Below, piece by piece: positions 1 through 11,938 of a stretch of 60,133 nt of DNA (its first letter is position 1; every line of letters begins with the position of its first letter). The stretch lies in assembly GCA_044892505.1 (NCBI GenBank), contig CM097884.1, positions 18,972,001 through 19,032,133 on the forward strand. The letters are read 5' to 3'. The stretch comes from Schmidtea nova. Lineage: Eukaryota. Both the position numbers and the translations under genes were made by a program. The notes under the pieces are model-generated. The model saw only the letters and a list, made by a program, of their open reading frames with translations. It was not told the DNA's origin and did no database searches.

Positions 1-187
1 CAATCATAAATTGTGGCCCTGAAGAGGGCCGATTGTTCGTTCTCATATCTTTTTTTTTTTTTTTTTTTTTTTTGGTTTTTTCTTTGTTGAATTTTTTCGG
101 CTTTTTTCTTTTTGCATATCTTTTTTTTTTTTTTTGTTATTTCATTATCCTCATCCTCATCATCTCTCATCATCATCATCATTCGCA

Positions 188-247
188 TCATGCGAAATAA
201 TCCCGTGCCGTCGGGTCATAAAAATCGTACGGATCATCTGAGGTACC

Positions 248-288
<41 letters not shown>

Positions 289-3200
289 GAAGCTCTTGAT
301 TGCCATCCCGATCACCTACAAATATAGTGGTGTCACCCCCCATATAGTGGCCATACGCCAAACTTTTATTTTTTTCCACCCAGTTCCTCTTATCGTCCCT
401 ACAAGATAAAGCCCTCTTATTACTTTTAATACTAAAGAGCTGATGGTTTTTGCTCGTAATTCGGAACTGGGGGACATTATATATTTTGTCATTTAAAAAG
501 CAGTCAAGGTAAGACTGGTGTGTGAGACCTGCATCTTTCAAACAGATCCCCTTCGCTTTCATGCAGGCCTCGTCTCCCATCAGGCTATAACACTTAGGTC
601 TTAAGAAAACCCACTCATCATACAGTAGACCCTTATTCTCATCCTTAAATTTACCAATCACAGAATCAAGGGTCCTACTATACAATGTATGATGAGTGTC
701 GTAATTAGAGGTATCCAAAAGCCTATCGTCAATCATTGCGGTCAAAAGAGTATTTAAAGGCAGATTTTTGATTTCCAAGAAGAAGGAATCAGTATCCCCA
801 GCAACGATGTTAATTTCGCAGTTGAAGTCGTTACGATATTTTTGTAACTCTTCATACTGCAGCTGGTACATACGAAGTTTGGATAAATCCAGTACGGTTT
901 GTCCAATGTAGCTGGGTCTATCCAAACATACTGATTCCTTCTGAAGCAATACGGAGATGAGGTCATTGTCGATTTTGGTAGTTTTTTTGGAATTAGCTTT
1001 TGACGTGTAAGTCAGCAGTTTTTGTGCCGAGTTACACAGTCTTAAATTAATTCTTTTTTTTAAATTCTCTACGGTTTTGCCGTAGAGACTATTATTTAAT
1101 AATTTATAAAAGTTCTTATCGAGCTTATTTGTTGATGCAGCTCGTAAGTCGGTGTTTATTTTTATATAATTAAAAAAGATTTTATTTTGTGTAAATTTAA
1201 TAGCGCGATGTATGTGCGTTACCTTCACACCAATTTTAATAAATAGTTGCAGAAGCCGCCAATGAAGAACATAATTCTTCTTTGGAAGATGCGTTAGCAA
1301 CAGCTTCTCAACCTTGGATCCCGGTGCACACATCTTTTCAGCGGCAACTGGAAGATCATCCAGTTTGTCGTGAATCGATGCCGGAATTTCCAAATCCACT
1401 TCTATGGTGTAACCATAATGAAGTGTATCGAGATTTTCCGATGTGCACTCACAAACGATGTTATTTAATAATTGGTCATCAGTGACCCACTCAAAATTAC
1501 CACAAGGCAGGGGTTGGCTTAAGGCCCACCCATATAAATTATTAATATCAATATATAGTAATGCGGTATCCGGGCTCGTCTTGACATAATGTTTATTGAC
1601 AAACGTTAGTCCGCCGCGAATACCGCCCTCGAAAAAGTTATACATCTCCATATCGGTGAGGAGCTCGATAGGAGAGTCAAGAGTTAATAAAGCGGAACTC
1701 CACGACATGCCGGGAATTCCGAGAAAATTTAAAGGCTCAAGCCTGTTATGATTTATTGATTTTAATCGAAATTGCTGAAAATAGTCAGCTAACAAAAACA
1801 CATCCAATTTTAAATAAACCATCATGTAATCGTACAGTGATGTACATGAGGTTTCTTGCCAGATTTTATGGGCAGCAGCATACTCGACAGCAGTTATATC
1901 TTTCCATTTGGGGGGTAAACACAAGGTAGATTTTAAAACCTCTAAAGAAGTGGCCGCGTCGTAAGGAAAAATGCCCTTGGCAGTGACTATAGTACCGCGA
2001 AATTCAGAGTTTGTTAAAGGTAAGCTAGTAAGTGTTTTTACTGCATTATTTAGAGACTCACTTACAAACTGATAAGAGTCAATAAATTTTACGGTCAGGC
2101 TATCGATGTACGCGAAAAGACTTAAAAACTTTTCGCTGGTCAAGGGTATACAACTAATATTCCAACTGTTGTATTTGGAAAGACCATATTTTAAAATATG
2201 GTGCAAATCGTAACCCTTCAAGTTATGAAAAATTACGGGCAAAGAGTGGCGTATTTGCCGGGACTTGTTACACTCTGAGCAGGCTGCTCCAATATAAAGA
2301 CCTGTGAAATGGTCGTGATCCCTAACAGGTGCCACTAAAAGTTTTTTGCATAAATAGTAATTAGTGCTATTATCAAATTGTCGCTGTTGGGTCGCAGTAA
2401 TAGTCATACGTTTTTGATAATTTTTATAATAATAAGGTGTTACTATATACCGACTGATTGACTCAATTTCTCTTAAGAATTGATCAACACAGTCTAGCCC
2501 TACAAAAGATTTGTATATTCTCACCCCAGTAAAGTTGTTAATAAGAAGGAGACCTGCAGCAATAGGAAGATGTTTTTGGTGGTGAACAATATCTTTAGGT
2601 AATATTGCCTCGAAATCCGCATATATTACAAAAGGAGGAGTTACTGTTTTTTTCCAATCAGTAAACTCCAAAAATTTATTTTTTGGTAAGGTGTACAGTG
2701 TGGTACCCAACTGATTTTTGTTACAAAGACCCTTATGACGATTAAAGGCTTCGTCGTTCCTAAACCCATTCAAGCAACGAGGGCACCATTGACTGCAAAT
2801 CCTAACTGGGGTGATTGTGCTGTTTCGGCAATTCAAAAAACGATTCAGGTCGGTAATCGCAAGATAATGAAAATTATCTTTTTTCTCCAAGAGAAGCAAA
2901 TTTATGGGAATTGCCCCGACTACTTTACTGCGATATACTATGTCTATAAAAGGGTGTTTAAGTACGACATTATCATCATTATCGCTATCACTTATATCAA
3001 TTTGGGCCTTTTCATCATATGTAAGGACATTAATACTATAGCCACTGTTTTGTCTCTCAAATTTTTTTATGTTAACTAATTTCATGGGCATGTCGTTGGG
3101 GTCAAAAACAATTTGGGAAAGATCATAAGAAGTAGTCCTATGCCTGTATTGGCGTTCAATACTATTATATTTAACTACTGCTAAAAAGCTATATAAAAAG

Positions 3201-4384
3201 CAATAGGTGTCGTTATTTTGGACATTAACTAAACAACTTAAATTTTTTAAAGTATTCGGAGTCTCGATATAACTGCTGCCGCTCAATCGACTAATTTCAG
3301 AAAATTTAGTCACTAAAAAACTAATATATTCTATTTTGGAGATTGTCCAATTACTCCCCTTTTCGTTAATCTGGACAATCTTCTCATTTAAATTAGTGAC
3401 ACCTTCCTCAATAAAGGTATCACTCCACTCTCTAGCAGAATTTGAGATGACGAAAGATTGTAATTGATCATCTTTCTCAAATTCTACCTTGAGACAAAAT
3501 TGAATTTTTACTGATTTTAAATTAATTATATATGATTTTAGTTTTTCTAATAATATATCCGGCACAGAGACCGTTTTTAATAATAAATTAGAAACATCCA
3601 TTTTTATAATAAAATGGGTATCGTTCAAGTCGGAAGTAACTTCAACAATACCCATTCCAATTTGATTATTATTATTATTTAAAATATTAACATAATCGTC
3701 AAATTCATCATCATTGACGATTATGTCATCGGCGGATATAATACTGATATTAGTACTTTTATTATAAATAAGATCATCCTCATCANNNNNNNNNNNNNNN
3801 NNNNNNNNNNNNNNNNNNNNNNNNNNNNNNNNNNNNNNNNNNNNNNNNNNNNNNNNNNNNNNNNNNNNNNNNNNNNNNNNNNNNNNNNNNNNNNNNNNNN
3901 NNNNNNNNNNNNNNNNNNNNCTGATGTCGATTATTATAATTTTTTTAGGAACTGAATCCGTTAATGTAGTATTTTTTCTTTTATTTATATTAGATGTATT
4001 TATTTTATTTAGATTATTAATTTGATTTTGATTATTAGTATTTTGTAAATTATTTGTGTTAATATTATTTGTATTTGGATTTTGTAAATTATTTGTATTT
4101 GTATTATTTTGTAAAATATTTCTATTATTTGTATTTGGATTTTGTAAATTATTTGTATTTGTATTTGGATTTTGTAAATTATTTGTATTATTATTAAGAT
4201 TGTTATTAGTAATATAATTTTTATATAAAGAATTAAAAAGAGATTTTTTAGATGGTTGATATTGGGAAAGGTGTAACCTATGAAAGATATAAAATTCCCT
4301 ATAAGATGTCGTCTCAATAATTTTACATTTAGGGCATAGGAGGTGGGTGACACCATTATATTTATATGAATAATACTTTTCCAT
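188..4384 (-). CDS. Protein-primed family B DNA polymerase (pPolB) with EndoVII-like insert; spans an N-gap
   Basis: ExoI YADFEA, ExoII HNLKGYD, ExoIII YLKLDV, PolA YIDINNLYG, PolB KLLNNSLYGK, PolC GDTDS; RDHDH...CSECN insert; Asn-rich N-terminus, polyQ C-terminus. Confidence 0.97.
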
Positions 4385-5279
4385 AATGACATGACAGTCA
4401 CTATGGAAAGTATTGTTGCAAAAATTTTGATATATTGAGCCTGAATATGATGAAAAAAATTAAATCAAAGGCTACAATTAAAAAATAATCACAGTAAAAT
4501 AAAATATATAATTTAACTTATTATTTAATAAATATTTTAAACAATAATATGTTTTTGGATAATAATAACTTTTATTTATTTATTTTTTCTTTGAACAATT
4601 ATTTATATTTAAAATAATAGGTAATTGTTTAAAAAACATTTACATATTATATTAAATATAAATTTTTTATATCTATGCATAAAAAAAAATATATTATAAT
4701 AATCAAAGTTTTTTATATCTATACATAAAAAAAAAACATAATTATTCCATTATAAGATATTAATAAAATAGCATTAAAATAACTTAATCTTTTTCATAAA
4801 AAATATCTTTAAAATATCAAAAGATTCATTTTCTTCATTTAAATTATTTAAATTAAAATATCAAAATATTAGCTTCTTCATTATAATTCTTCATTAAAAT
4901 TCATCATTAAAATTCATCATTAAAATATCAATAAATTCATTATTTCATAAAAATATCCTAAAATATCAAAATACTATCTTCTTCATTAAAATTCATCATT
5001 AAAATACCATTAAAATATAAAAAAAAATTATTCTTTATTTCATAAAATATCAAAAGATTCATCTTCTTAATAAAAAATTATTTGGTCTTTAAAATATCAT
5101 CTTGTTCTTCATTAATAAACATCAAAAATTCATTCTTTTTCATTAAATTTCTTCATTAAATTTCTTCATTAAAATAACAAAAATTCATCTTCTTCATTAT
5201 AAAAAAGTACCATCATCATCATCGATAATATTAATAATTTATTTAAAAGATAGTAATTAAATTTTTAAAAAAAAAAAAA

Positions 5280-5686
5280 TCATATAATTACATTATCATC
5301 ATATAAAATACTAATATAAAAATTACATTTTTTAGAGTTTTTAAAACTCTGTCCATTAATATAGTTCGGGACATCAGTATAGTTCGGAACATCAATAATC
5401 GGGACATCAATAATCGGTACATCATCATCAATAAGAGAGCCATCTATATCGACGTTTTGGAAATTATTGCCTAAAAGTTTAATAATAAACAAAATAAAAT
5501 AGTATAAATTTTTACCAATTAAGTTATTTTTATTTCTGAGTCCGTTTGTCAAAGATCCTGACATATTATTAGCTAAATTAACACCTAGAAATAACATAAT
5601 ATAAATATAATAAAATAAAAATTAATAATTTTACTTTTTAGACCTCCGGCGATCCTTGTTGGTAAATTTATATTTAAATTTTGCAT
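5280..5686 (-). CDS. Spliced accessory ORF (MQNLNINLPTRIAGGLKSVNL...), exons 5686-5635, 5584-5516, 5470-5280; 3' end uncertain
   Basis: Two GT-AG introns (5634-5585, 50 nt; 5515-5471, 45 nt) join an ATG exon in frame; DVP repeats; CCAAT/TATA-like motifs upstream. Confidence 0.5.
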
Positions 5687-6064
5687 TATTTCTTCTTTAA
5701 AATAATTTGAAATTCGATTTAAAATTTGAAAGTAAAAAGTGACGAAATAATGCAAGTATATACTATATAAAGGTGAATTTTATTAACCGGCCAATCAGAA
5801 TCGAGATAGGATAGGCAAATACATGCACACATACTGCACACATAATGTACCTTTGTTTATGTGTGTTTGACGTCACGATATTGCTTTGTATTGTGACAAA
5901 GACATGACATGTCACGTTTTATCATGTGCTTATCACGCATTGATCACGCACTGGTCATGCCTTTGTGATGAAAATAATAATAAAAATAATTAATAATAAT
6001 AAAAATAATAATTAATAAAAATAATAATAAAAAATAATAATTAATAAAAATAATAATAATACAT

Positions 6065-6466
6065 TTATTGTTTTAAATAATCAACAACAGCAGACAAGCA
6101 CCCTTTATAGGCACACATACAATGATCTTTATAGGGACATGAAATGTTTTCAGGAACATATTCAACTTCTTTAAAATTATATTTAATTAATCTTAATTTG
6201 GGGAAATACTTCTTCAAAACATACATCTTTTCATTATCTGTTACATAGAAAATAGCTCCTTTATCGGTAATATCATCCATTATACATTTTGGGCAAAAAT
6301 AATCTTGTCCTTCAAACGATTCTATACGATCAGGCCATAAAGATAAATCACTGTATATATAATACTGAGGTGTGAAAATATTATTGACATTCATAATACA
6401 TAATTCCTTAATTGTTGTTCCACCCATTTCATTATATCCATAAAAATCGATAAAATAACAAGACAT
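6065..6466 (-). CDS. Polinton accessory protein, DnaQ/DEDD-exonuclease-like (probably inactive) with C-terminal Cys/His cluster
   Basis: IDFYGY...IKEL N-terminal pattern lacking the second acidic residue; CPYKDHCMCA tail. Confidence 0.45.
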   Translation of the reverse strand: MSCYFIDFYGYNEMGGTTIKELCIMNVNNIFTPQYYIYSDLSLWPDRIESFEGQDYFCPKCIMDDITDKGAIFYVTDNEKMYVLKKYFPKLRLIKYNFKEVEYVPENISCPYKDHCMCAYKGCLSAVVDYLKQ

Positions 6467-6498
6467 TTTTTCAAATAAAGTTTATTAAAATAAATTGT

Positions 6499-6876
6499 TT
6501 ATAACATTGATTTCAACCATGCAAGGCAATGTTCACCACAAGTGATTGTTAAAGGATGCTGATACCGAATTCTATTATACACAATAGGTTTACCAATAGT
6601 TTGTAGTTTTCGAACAAGTAAATTCGGATAATAATATCCAAAGGGATCAAATACATGTATTCGATCTGGTTTCACATAAACTGCAATCCAATGTTCACCG
6701 CCCAATGTAGATGTCTGAGTATTTACAATGATGGCTTGATTCATTTTCAAATAAGGTATTTTATCGAGAGGGAATACTCCAATAAATTGATTTCCCAATA
6801 GTTTTTTACCTTGTTGTAATACCTGAAAAGAACTATTTAAAAATAAATAACTAATCAATTAAAAATCTTACTCCAT
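6499..6876 (-). CDS. Adenain-like cysteine protease, spliced (exon 6876-6872, intron 6871-6833, exon 6832-6499; 112 aa)
   Basis: GEHW, FDPFG, YQH...TCGEHC catalytic motifs; splicing yields the start MDSFQV. Confidence 0.92.
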
Positions 6877-6955
6877 AATAAGAATAATAAAAATAATAAC
6901 TTTGATCATTTATACTGTTTGAGCTCTGTTCAAACTAATAATGTTTAAGCTTTGC

Positions 6956-8176
6956 TTAAACCAGTATTGTTCTATTGGCAGTAATTTGAACTTCATTTTC
7001 AAAAACTCCATAAATAACTACATGAACCGGTTCATCAATAGGTTTGGCAAACTTTATATCGAGTCGTAAATTTCCGTTTTGAGGGATTTGGCTTTGATTC
7101 AAATCAAAGTCGGGAGCGAGCACAAATGTAAAGAATGGATAACTAGATTTAAATTCATCCAGACTTATACCACAATTCAAGTTTTTATCCAAATATCCTA
7201 GATTTCGGACAAGACTTTGCATATATGATGCACTAAAATTATCATTTTCAAAATCTTGAGTATAAGTTTCTCGAAAATCAGTATTTTTCGATAACGATAA
7301 TGAAGTCACATTGAAATGTTTGAATGTAGATGCAGATTCAGCATATGATCCATTATATTGATTTTCAGTTTGAAAAGCCACAAGAATGAAATTAGGCATT
7401 CTTCTATCTCCAAATATTTGCTCCTTGTAAAATGACGATGCCCCTTTACCGATTGCAAACGATACGATTTCTTTGGATTTTAATGGATAAATTGCATGTT
7501 TACTATTTAAACCAATTTGATGACCGGCCAATACTGAAGAATCACATCGAACTCTTCTTACCATTAATTTTGCATCAACTATTTGGATTATAGGTTTCCC
7601 AGCTGCAGATTTCAATGATAATGAAGATTCAGATCTCTTCAATCTAATATGTACATTAACTCCGGGAAGTAAGTATTTTGGTTGATCCATAAAATCGAGT
7701 TGTAATGATGAACACATGTTGAAAAGTTTAGATCCCTTGATCCATTTTTTCCGATCGTCAGATGAACCATATCCCATTGGAGTAAGACATGTTTCTTTTG
7801 TATCGCTAGTATAATTTAAAACAGTTTCGATTATGGCCTTGTGTGCATATGTATTGTTTCCACCCTCGATTTTTATATTATTAAATCCAAGAATCGCATC
7901 TTTGAAAAGAGTATGAAATAGGTAATTATTAGGCACTACATCACTCGCATCAACTAATTTATTTTTATCTTTATCTAGAACCTTGACAGTAACGGATAAT
8001 AAAGTATCGTTCAAATCCAAATATTCGGTTGCCGATCCATTAATGTAAAATTCTACATCATTTCTACTATCTGTAATAGAATTCATTGGAAAAACATCTT
8101 CAAACACCCCATATTCAATAACTGCTTGAGGTGATGGTCGATCAAAAAGACATAATTCAGATTTACCGCAAATCAT
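6956..8176 (-). CDS. Major capsid protein (double jelly-roll)
   Basis: 406 aa; SELCLF..P.PQ N-terminus, EFYING...YLDL pattern, C-terminal LRLDIKF; position between protease and core proteins. Confidence 0.88.
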   Translation of the reverse strand: MICGKSELCLFDRPSPQAVIEYGVFEDVFPMNSITDSRNDVEFYINGSATEYLDLNDTLLSVTVKVLDKDKNKLVDASDVVPNNYLFHTLFKDAILGFNNIKIEGGNNTYAHKAIIETVLNYTSDTKETCLTPMGYGSSDDRKKWIKGSKLFNMCSSLQLDFMDQPKYLLPGVNVHIRLKRSESSLSLKSAAGKPIIQIVDAKLMVRRVRCDSSVLAGHQIGLNSKHAIYPLKSKEIVSFAIGKGASSFYKEQIFGDRRMPNFILVAFQTENQYNGSYAESASTFKHFNVTSLSLSKNTDFRETYTQDFENDNFSASYMQSLVRNLGYLDKNLNCGISLDEFKSSYPFFTFVLAPDFDLNQSQIPQNGNLRLDIKFAKPIDEPVHVVIYGVFENEVQITANRTILV

Positions 8177-8538
8177 TCTTCAAATATAGTTCCATGACCT
8201 TTCATTCGTTTGTTTATACGTTTTCTAATCTTTTTACGTCTTGGTCCTACCGGTTCAGGTTGCGGTTCGTTTTTGGAAAACATATTTGAAATTGACGGTA
8301 TCGCCTTGGATACAGCCTCCATAGCATTCGTTTTCAATGTAGGTAAAATTTTCTGATCTTTCATTATAACGTCTTTAGCAGTTTTCATTCCAAAACTGCC
8401 CAGTCGCTTAAGTAGTGGAAGTGCAAATCTTCCAATAGTTTTCAACCAACCTGATCCATACTGTTTACCTATAAAATACGGTAATTCGCCACCAGTTTGG
8501 CTATTACTGTACAATGAAATTATATCGGGATTACTCAT
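8173..8538 (-). CDS. Small basic core/membrane-lytic-like protein (adenovirus pVI-like)
   Basis: QTGG and QYGSG motifs, amphipathic WLKTIGRFALPLLKRLG, basic tail ending MKGHG. Confidence 0.6.
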   Translation of the reverse strand: MSNPDIISLYSNSQTGGELPYFIGKQYGSGWLKTIGRFALPLLKRLGSFGMKTAKDVIMKDQKILPTLKTNAMEAVSKAIPSISNMFSKNEPQPEPVGPRRKKIRKRINKRMKGHGTIFEE

Positions 8539-9556
8539 GATGTTTTCGAAAATGTAGAGTCAAATGAGTTTTTGAATTTTTTGGAAAGTTTATTAAATTA
8601 CCTCTATCATCTCGGATATTTATTTCTATATTGTTTATACAGGATGTTGAAACAGATAAATACATTGGATTTTCAACTTGTATTTGAACAACCTCATCCT
8701 GTTCATATTTTTCAATCCATACAGATTTCAACATGGGAACTAATGAATCACCGACAATTATAGGATTGACTATATTACTGTAAATGAACATTTGCTGATG
8801 AAGTTTAATTATTTTTGGTTTATATATTCCAACAATGAAGCTTCCGTCTTGAGCATATGTAGCTTTCGCTAATCCCAATGTTTTTACAAGGTTATTGTCA
8901 AAAGTTATTTCGCTAACATCTGCATTCAAACTGAATTTGAAGTAACTATCATCTACCAATTCCAGAGATTTAAAAATACTTGCACAATTTAGAATAAAAT
9001 ATGATTGCATTTCATCCAGTTTCGATATGTATAAATTATCGGTAAATGTATGTATAAATACAGAATCAGCCTTGTACTCCATCTTTATTCTAATTTTTTC
9101 CGTTAATGGACCATCTATACCATAATATGGTAACGGTATCTTGTATGTATCTGTAGGACTTACAATACTCTGTTTCGTTAATCCCATTCTTTTTGCCATT
9201 GCCAAAGTATCAAAAGTTATAGTGAAGGGAAAATTATCACAGGTAAAATAAATAGAATGTCTATCGCTACTGATTTGAGCAATATCATCGGCAGGATTAG
9301 ATATATCAACTTCACAAAATTGATTGTTGATAATCAAATTTTTATATTTTGTATGTATAGTTTTCTTTTTGTACCGAATTTCTGATTTACTGTAAAATGG
9401 AAATGGATTATACACAAATGTAAAGTCTAAGAGAGCGACTTCCCAAATTCCGTCCAAATACATTGGATTTTGGAGATTGACCATGAAATTACTGGAAGTA
9501 TTATCTGGATGTATATCTGGACAACTGTTGCTAGGTAGAATCATATAAAAATTCAT
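8531..9556 (-). CDS. Minor capsid protein (penton); likely start at 9556 (MNFY), track start 9583
   Basis: FYMILPSN...NTSSNF...L..P..LDG.WEVAL N-terminus and LTLHFRK C-terminus. Confidence 0.88.
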   Translation of the reverse strand: MNFYMILPSNSCPDIHPDNTSSNFMVNLQNPMYLDGIWEVALLDFTFVYNPFPFYSKSEIRYKKKTIHTKYKNLIINNQFCEVDISNPADDIAQISSDRHSIYFTCDNFPFTITFDTLAMAKRMGLTKQSIVSPTDTYKIPLPYYGIDGPLTEKIRIKMEYKADSVFIHTFTDNLYISKLDEMQSYFILNCASIFKSLELVDDSYFKFSLNADVSEITFDNNLVKTLGLAKATYAQDGSFIVGIYKPKIIKLHQQMFIYSNIVNPIIVGDSLVPMLKSVWIEKYEQDEVVQIQVENPMYLSVSTSCINNIEINIRDDRGNLINFPKNSKTHLTLHFRKHHE

Positions 9557-10600
9557 TTTACTAGGTTTTTTGATGATATCCATGATGGTTCTTTATATCC
9601 GTGCCACTTTACATAGTATTGTTTATCCTTACCCACCATTTTAGATTTCAGGATTTTTTGAATTCTAAATATTGTCGGTGGAGGAATAACTTGTAATTCT
9701 TGTTCGTAGAATTTCCCACTGATTATATTGTTATCAGAGTCACAAATAGTATACATGACAGGATTCTGCACTGTGTTGACTTTCGATATTTGATATACCT
9801 CATCACTCCAATTATTATCAAAATTTTTAATGAATGGCGATGCACTAATCTTGCTAATTCGAACATGATCACCAATTTTATATTTTGGTTTCTTTACTTT
9901 TACTTCACTCACAATATTTTCAGTATCAACTACTTCTGCCGGTTTCCTGCCATTTATACCCCGATGAGCACTATGATTATAACTATGAATCAATTGAGGT
10001 AAAACATTAATCCAGGTTTTATTGCCTTTAAAAACAAAGTATTTTTTCAATCGATCCCGCAAAGTTCGATTAAATCTCTCGACATGAGCGGCTTTGAATT
10101 GCGAGAATACCGAATAATGATTTATTCCCTTGATAACTTCCTTGACTTTACTGTTGTAAAATTCCTTTCCTAAAAAATATTAAAAAATGTATAAATTTAA
10201 ATTAAAATTTACCCAAATCGGTTTGTAAATTAGTTGGCCGATCCTTTTTCATCATTGTCTTGATAGCGATTGCCATGTCATTAGCTGATTTCGATTTTAC
10301 TCCAATTGCTCGAGCAAATCTACTGTAAACATCAATACATGTTAAAATATACTTGTACCCCTTGTTAATAGCGGAATACGGAATCATTTCCATCAAATCC
10401 ATTTGCCACAAATCATTGATTCTATATGTTTTATATGCTCGGGTTGGAAACCGTTTCAACATCGGTTTGTTTAGACTGTATGCAAGTTGCCCCGATAACC
10501 AACTTTGTGTCTGTTGTTTCGACTTCTGTGCTTTTTTCCTTAGCTTTTCGACTCCACCGAAACCGGCGTCGTCTTTTGGGTTCGTCCAGATCTTCTCCAT
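9553..10600 (-). CDS. Retroviral-type (rve) integrase with C-terminal chromodomain, spliced (intron 10212-10170; 334 aa)
   Basis: WQMDL, then QTDLG|KEFYN across the intron, VERFNRTL, YYVKWHGY chromodomain; spliced length 1005 nt, no internal stop. Confidence 0.95.
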
Positions 10601-10655
10601 TACAACAAGAAGATTTAAAGTTTAAATTCAAATTAGGTAATGATTGACCCATTGT

Positions 10656-11201
10656 TTATGACCTTTGTCCCAATAAACCAGCACCTCCCAATAATGATAA
10701 AGCTAGTGGTAATAATGCGGCAATAAATCCTCCTTGTTGTTTATATATTATTTTTCGCATAAGTTTTCGATTTTTTGTTTTTACTAGCGACAACAATGGT
10801 TTCTTATGCTTGTTCAAAACACGTCGATTAGATGGACTGAGATGCATTTTACCTCGTACTACTTTAATTAAAATAGTGAGTAAATCATCGATAACGTAAT
10901 TAGGAAACGATTGAAGAATACCCATTCTTCTAGCGGATGGGGCTTTAAGCAATGCATTAAAAAACGGAAAACTCCGATGATGTACTTGTTTAGCATTTGA
11001 TTTCAAATTAATTGGAATTTGATTTTGTTTGGGAAAATTATCCATAATTAGTTTTTTCGATGGTGTATAACTTGTTTTTGAAACTGATTTTGAAACGGAT
11101 TTCTTTGTCGATTTCTTTCTTCGACCTGCTTTCTTACCTATTTTCATTGATTTTCGAGCTTTTATCAATCGTTCAAACTTTACTCGAGATTTCATTAACA
11201 T
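10656..11201 (-). CDS. Basic core protein with adenovirus pX-like C-terminus
   Basis: K/R-rich; ends QQGGFIAALLPLALSLLGG. Confidence 0.55.
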   Translation of the reverse strand: MLMKSRVKFERLIKARKSMKIGKKAGRRKKSTKKSVSKSVSKTSYTPSKKLIMDNFPKQNQIPINLKSNAKQVHHRSFPFFNALLKAPSARRMGILQSFPNYVIDDLLTILIKVVRGKMHLSPSNRRVLNKHKKPLLSLVKTKNRKLMRKIIYKQQGGFIAALLPLALSLLGGAGLLGQRS

Positions 11202-11221
11202 TATTATTACTGTAAATCAAT

Positions 11222-11845
11222 TTAACTTTGTTTATAAACCATGGCTCCTTCCTTGTTAAAAATATCAGTTCTAACCCTTAAATCATCACTGCATTGTTGA
11301 GTAAAATCCAAGAAAATATATCCATGAGGAGATTTTGTAGCATCCTGAAAGGCTTCAATCAAAAAGTTACGATTTGAAGGATAAGCTTGTCTTGCCAGAA
11401 AATCAATAACTGTTGCATCTCTAGGATTTTTAAAAACAACAAGATATTGAACATTTAAATTACGAGTTCGATGACTACCGCCCTGATGAAATAAATTCTG
11501 AGTTATAAAAATAACAGTAACACCTTTATGTCTACTGATTTTCGTAAATAAATTATTAAAATCCTTTTCTTTATTTGCTTCTTGATACAAGTCGTCAATG
11601 ATAATCACATCACCTTGTTTTAATCTAGATGACCAGTTTTTATCGAAACCTTTTATGATTGTCATTTTTATTTTACAAAACTGATCTTGTGTCATTCCAC
11701 TTTCGTCGTCAGCACCCCTATGCCAATAAATATTATTAAATTTCGACTTGAATAATTTCGATTGCAATAATTTACAAACAAATAAAGTTTTTCCACTCCC
11801 GCTAGGACCAACAATTTGAAACACTGCATCATTTCTTAATTCCAT
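11222..11845 (-). CDS. A32-like genome-packaging ATPase
   Basis: Walker A GPSGSGKT, Walker B IIIDDL, SRH..VTVIFITQ, KNPRD. Confidence 0.93.
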   Translation of the reverse strand: MELRNDAVFQIVGPSGSGKTLFVCKLLQSKLFKSKFNNIYWHRGADDESGMTQDQFCKIKMTIIKGFDKNWSSRLKQGDVIIIDDLYQEANKEKDFNNLFTKISRHKGVTVIFITQNLFHQGGSHRTRNLNVQYLVVFKNPRDATVIDFLARQAYPSNRNFLIEAFQDATKSPHGYIFLDFTQQCSDDLRVRTDIFNKEGAMVYKQS

Positions 11846-11938
11846 ATTTAAAAATTATATTTTCTTAATATTATTGTTTATATTTGTTTTAAATACCTGT
11901 TCTCAAAGTAATCATTTCATTTAAAAATATTTTCAGTA

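Noticed and set aside
14-29. GGCCCTGAAGAGGGCC containing CTGAAGA (hammerhead-like core)
   Set aside because: No stem II plus GAAA follows; it is only a 6-bp hairpin
790-812. pPolB motif C reads AGDTDS rather than YGDTDS
   Set aside because: Catalytic DTD is intact and the preceding residue varies among pPolBs; not evidence of inactivation
4400-5280. AT-rich stretch with repeated TTCATTAAAAT units, possibly acidic coding exons
   Set aside because: Could not build a consistent open or spliced frame
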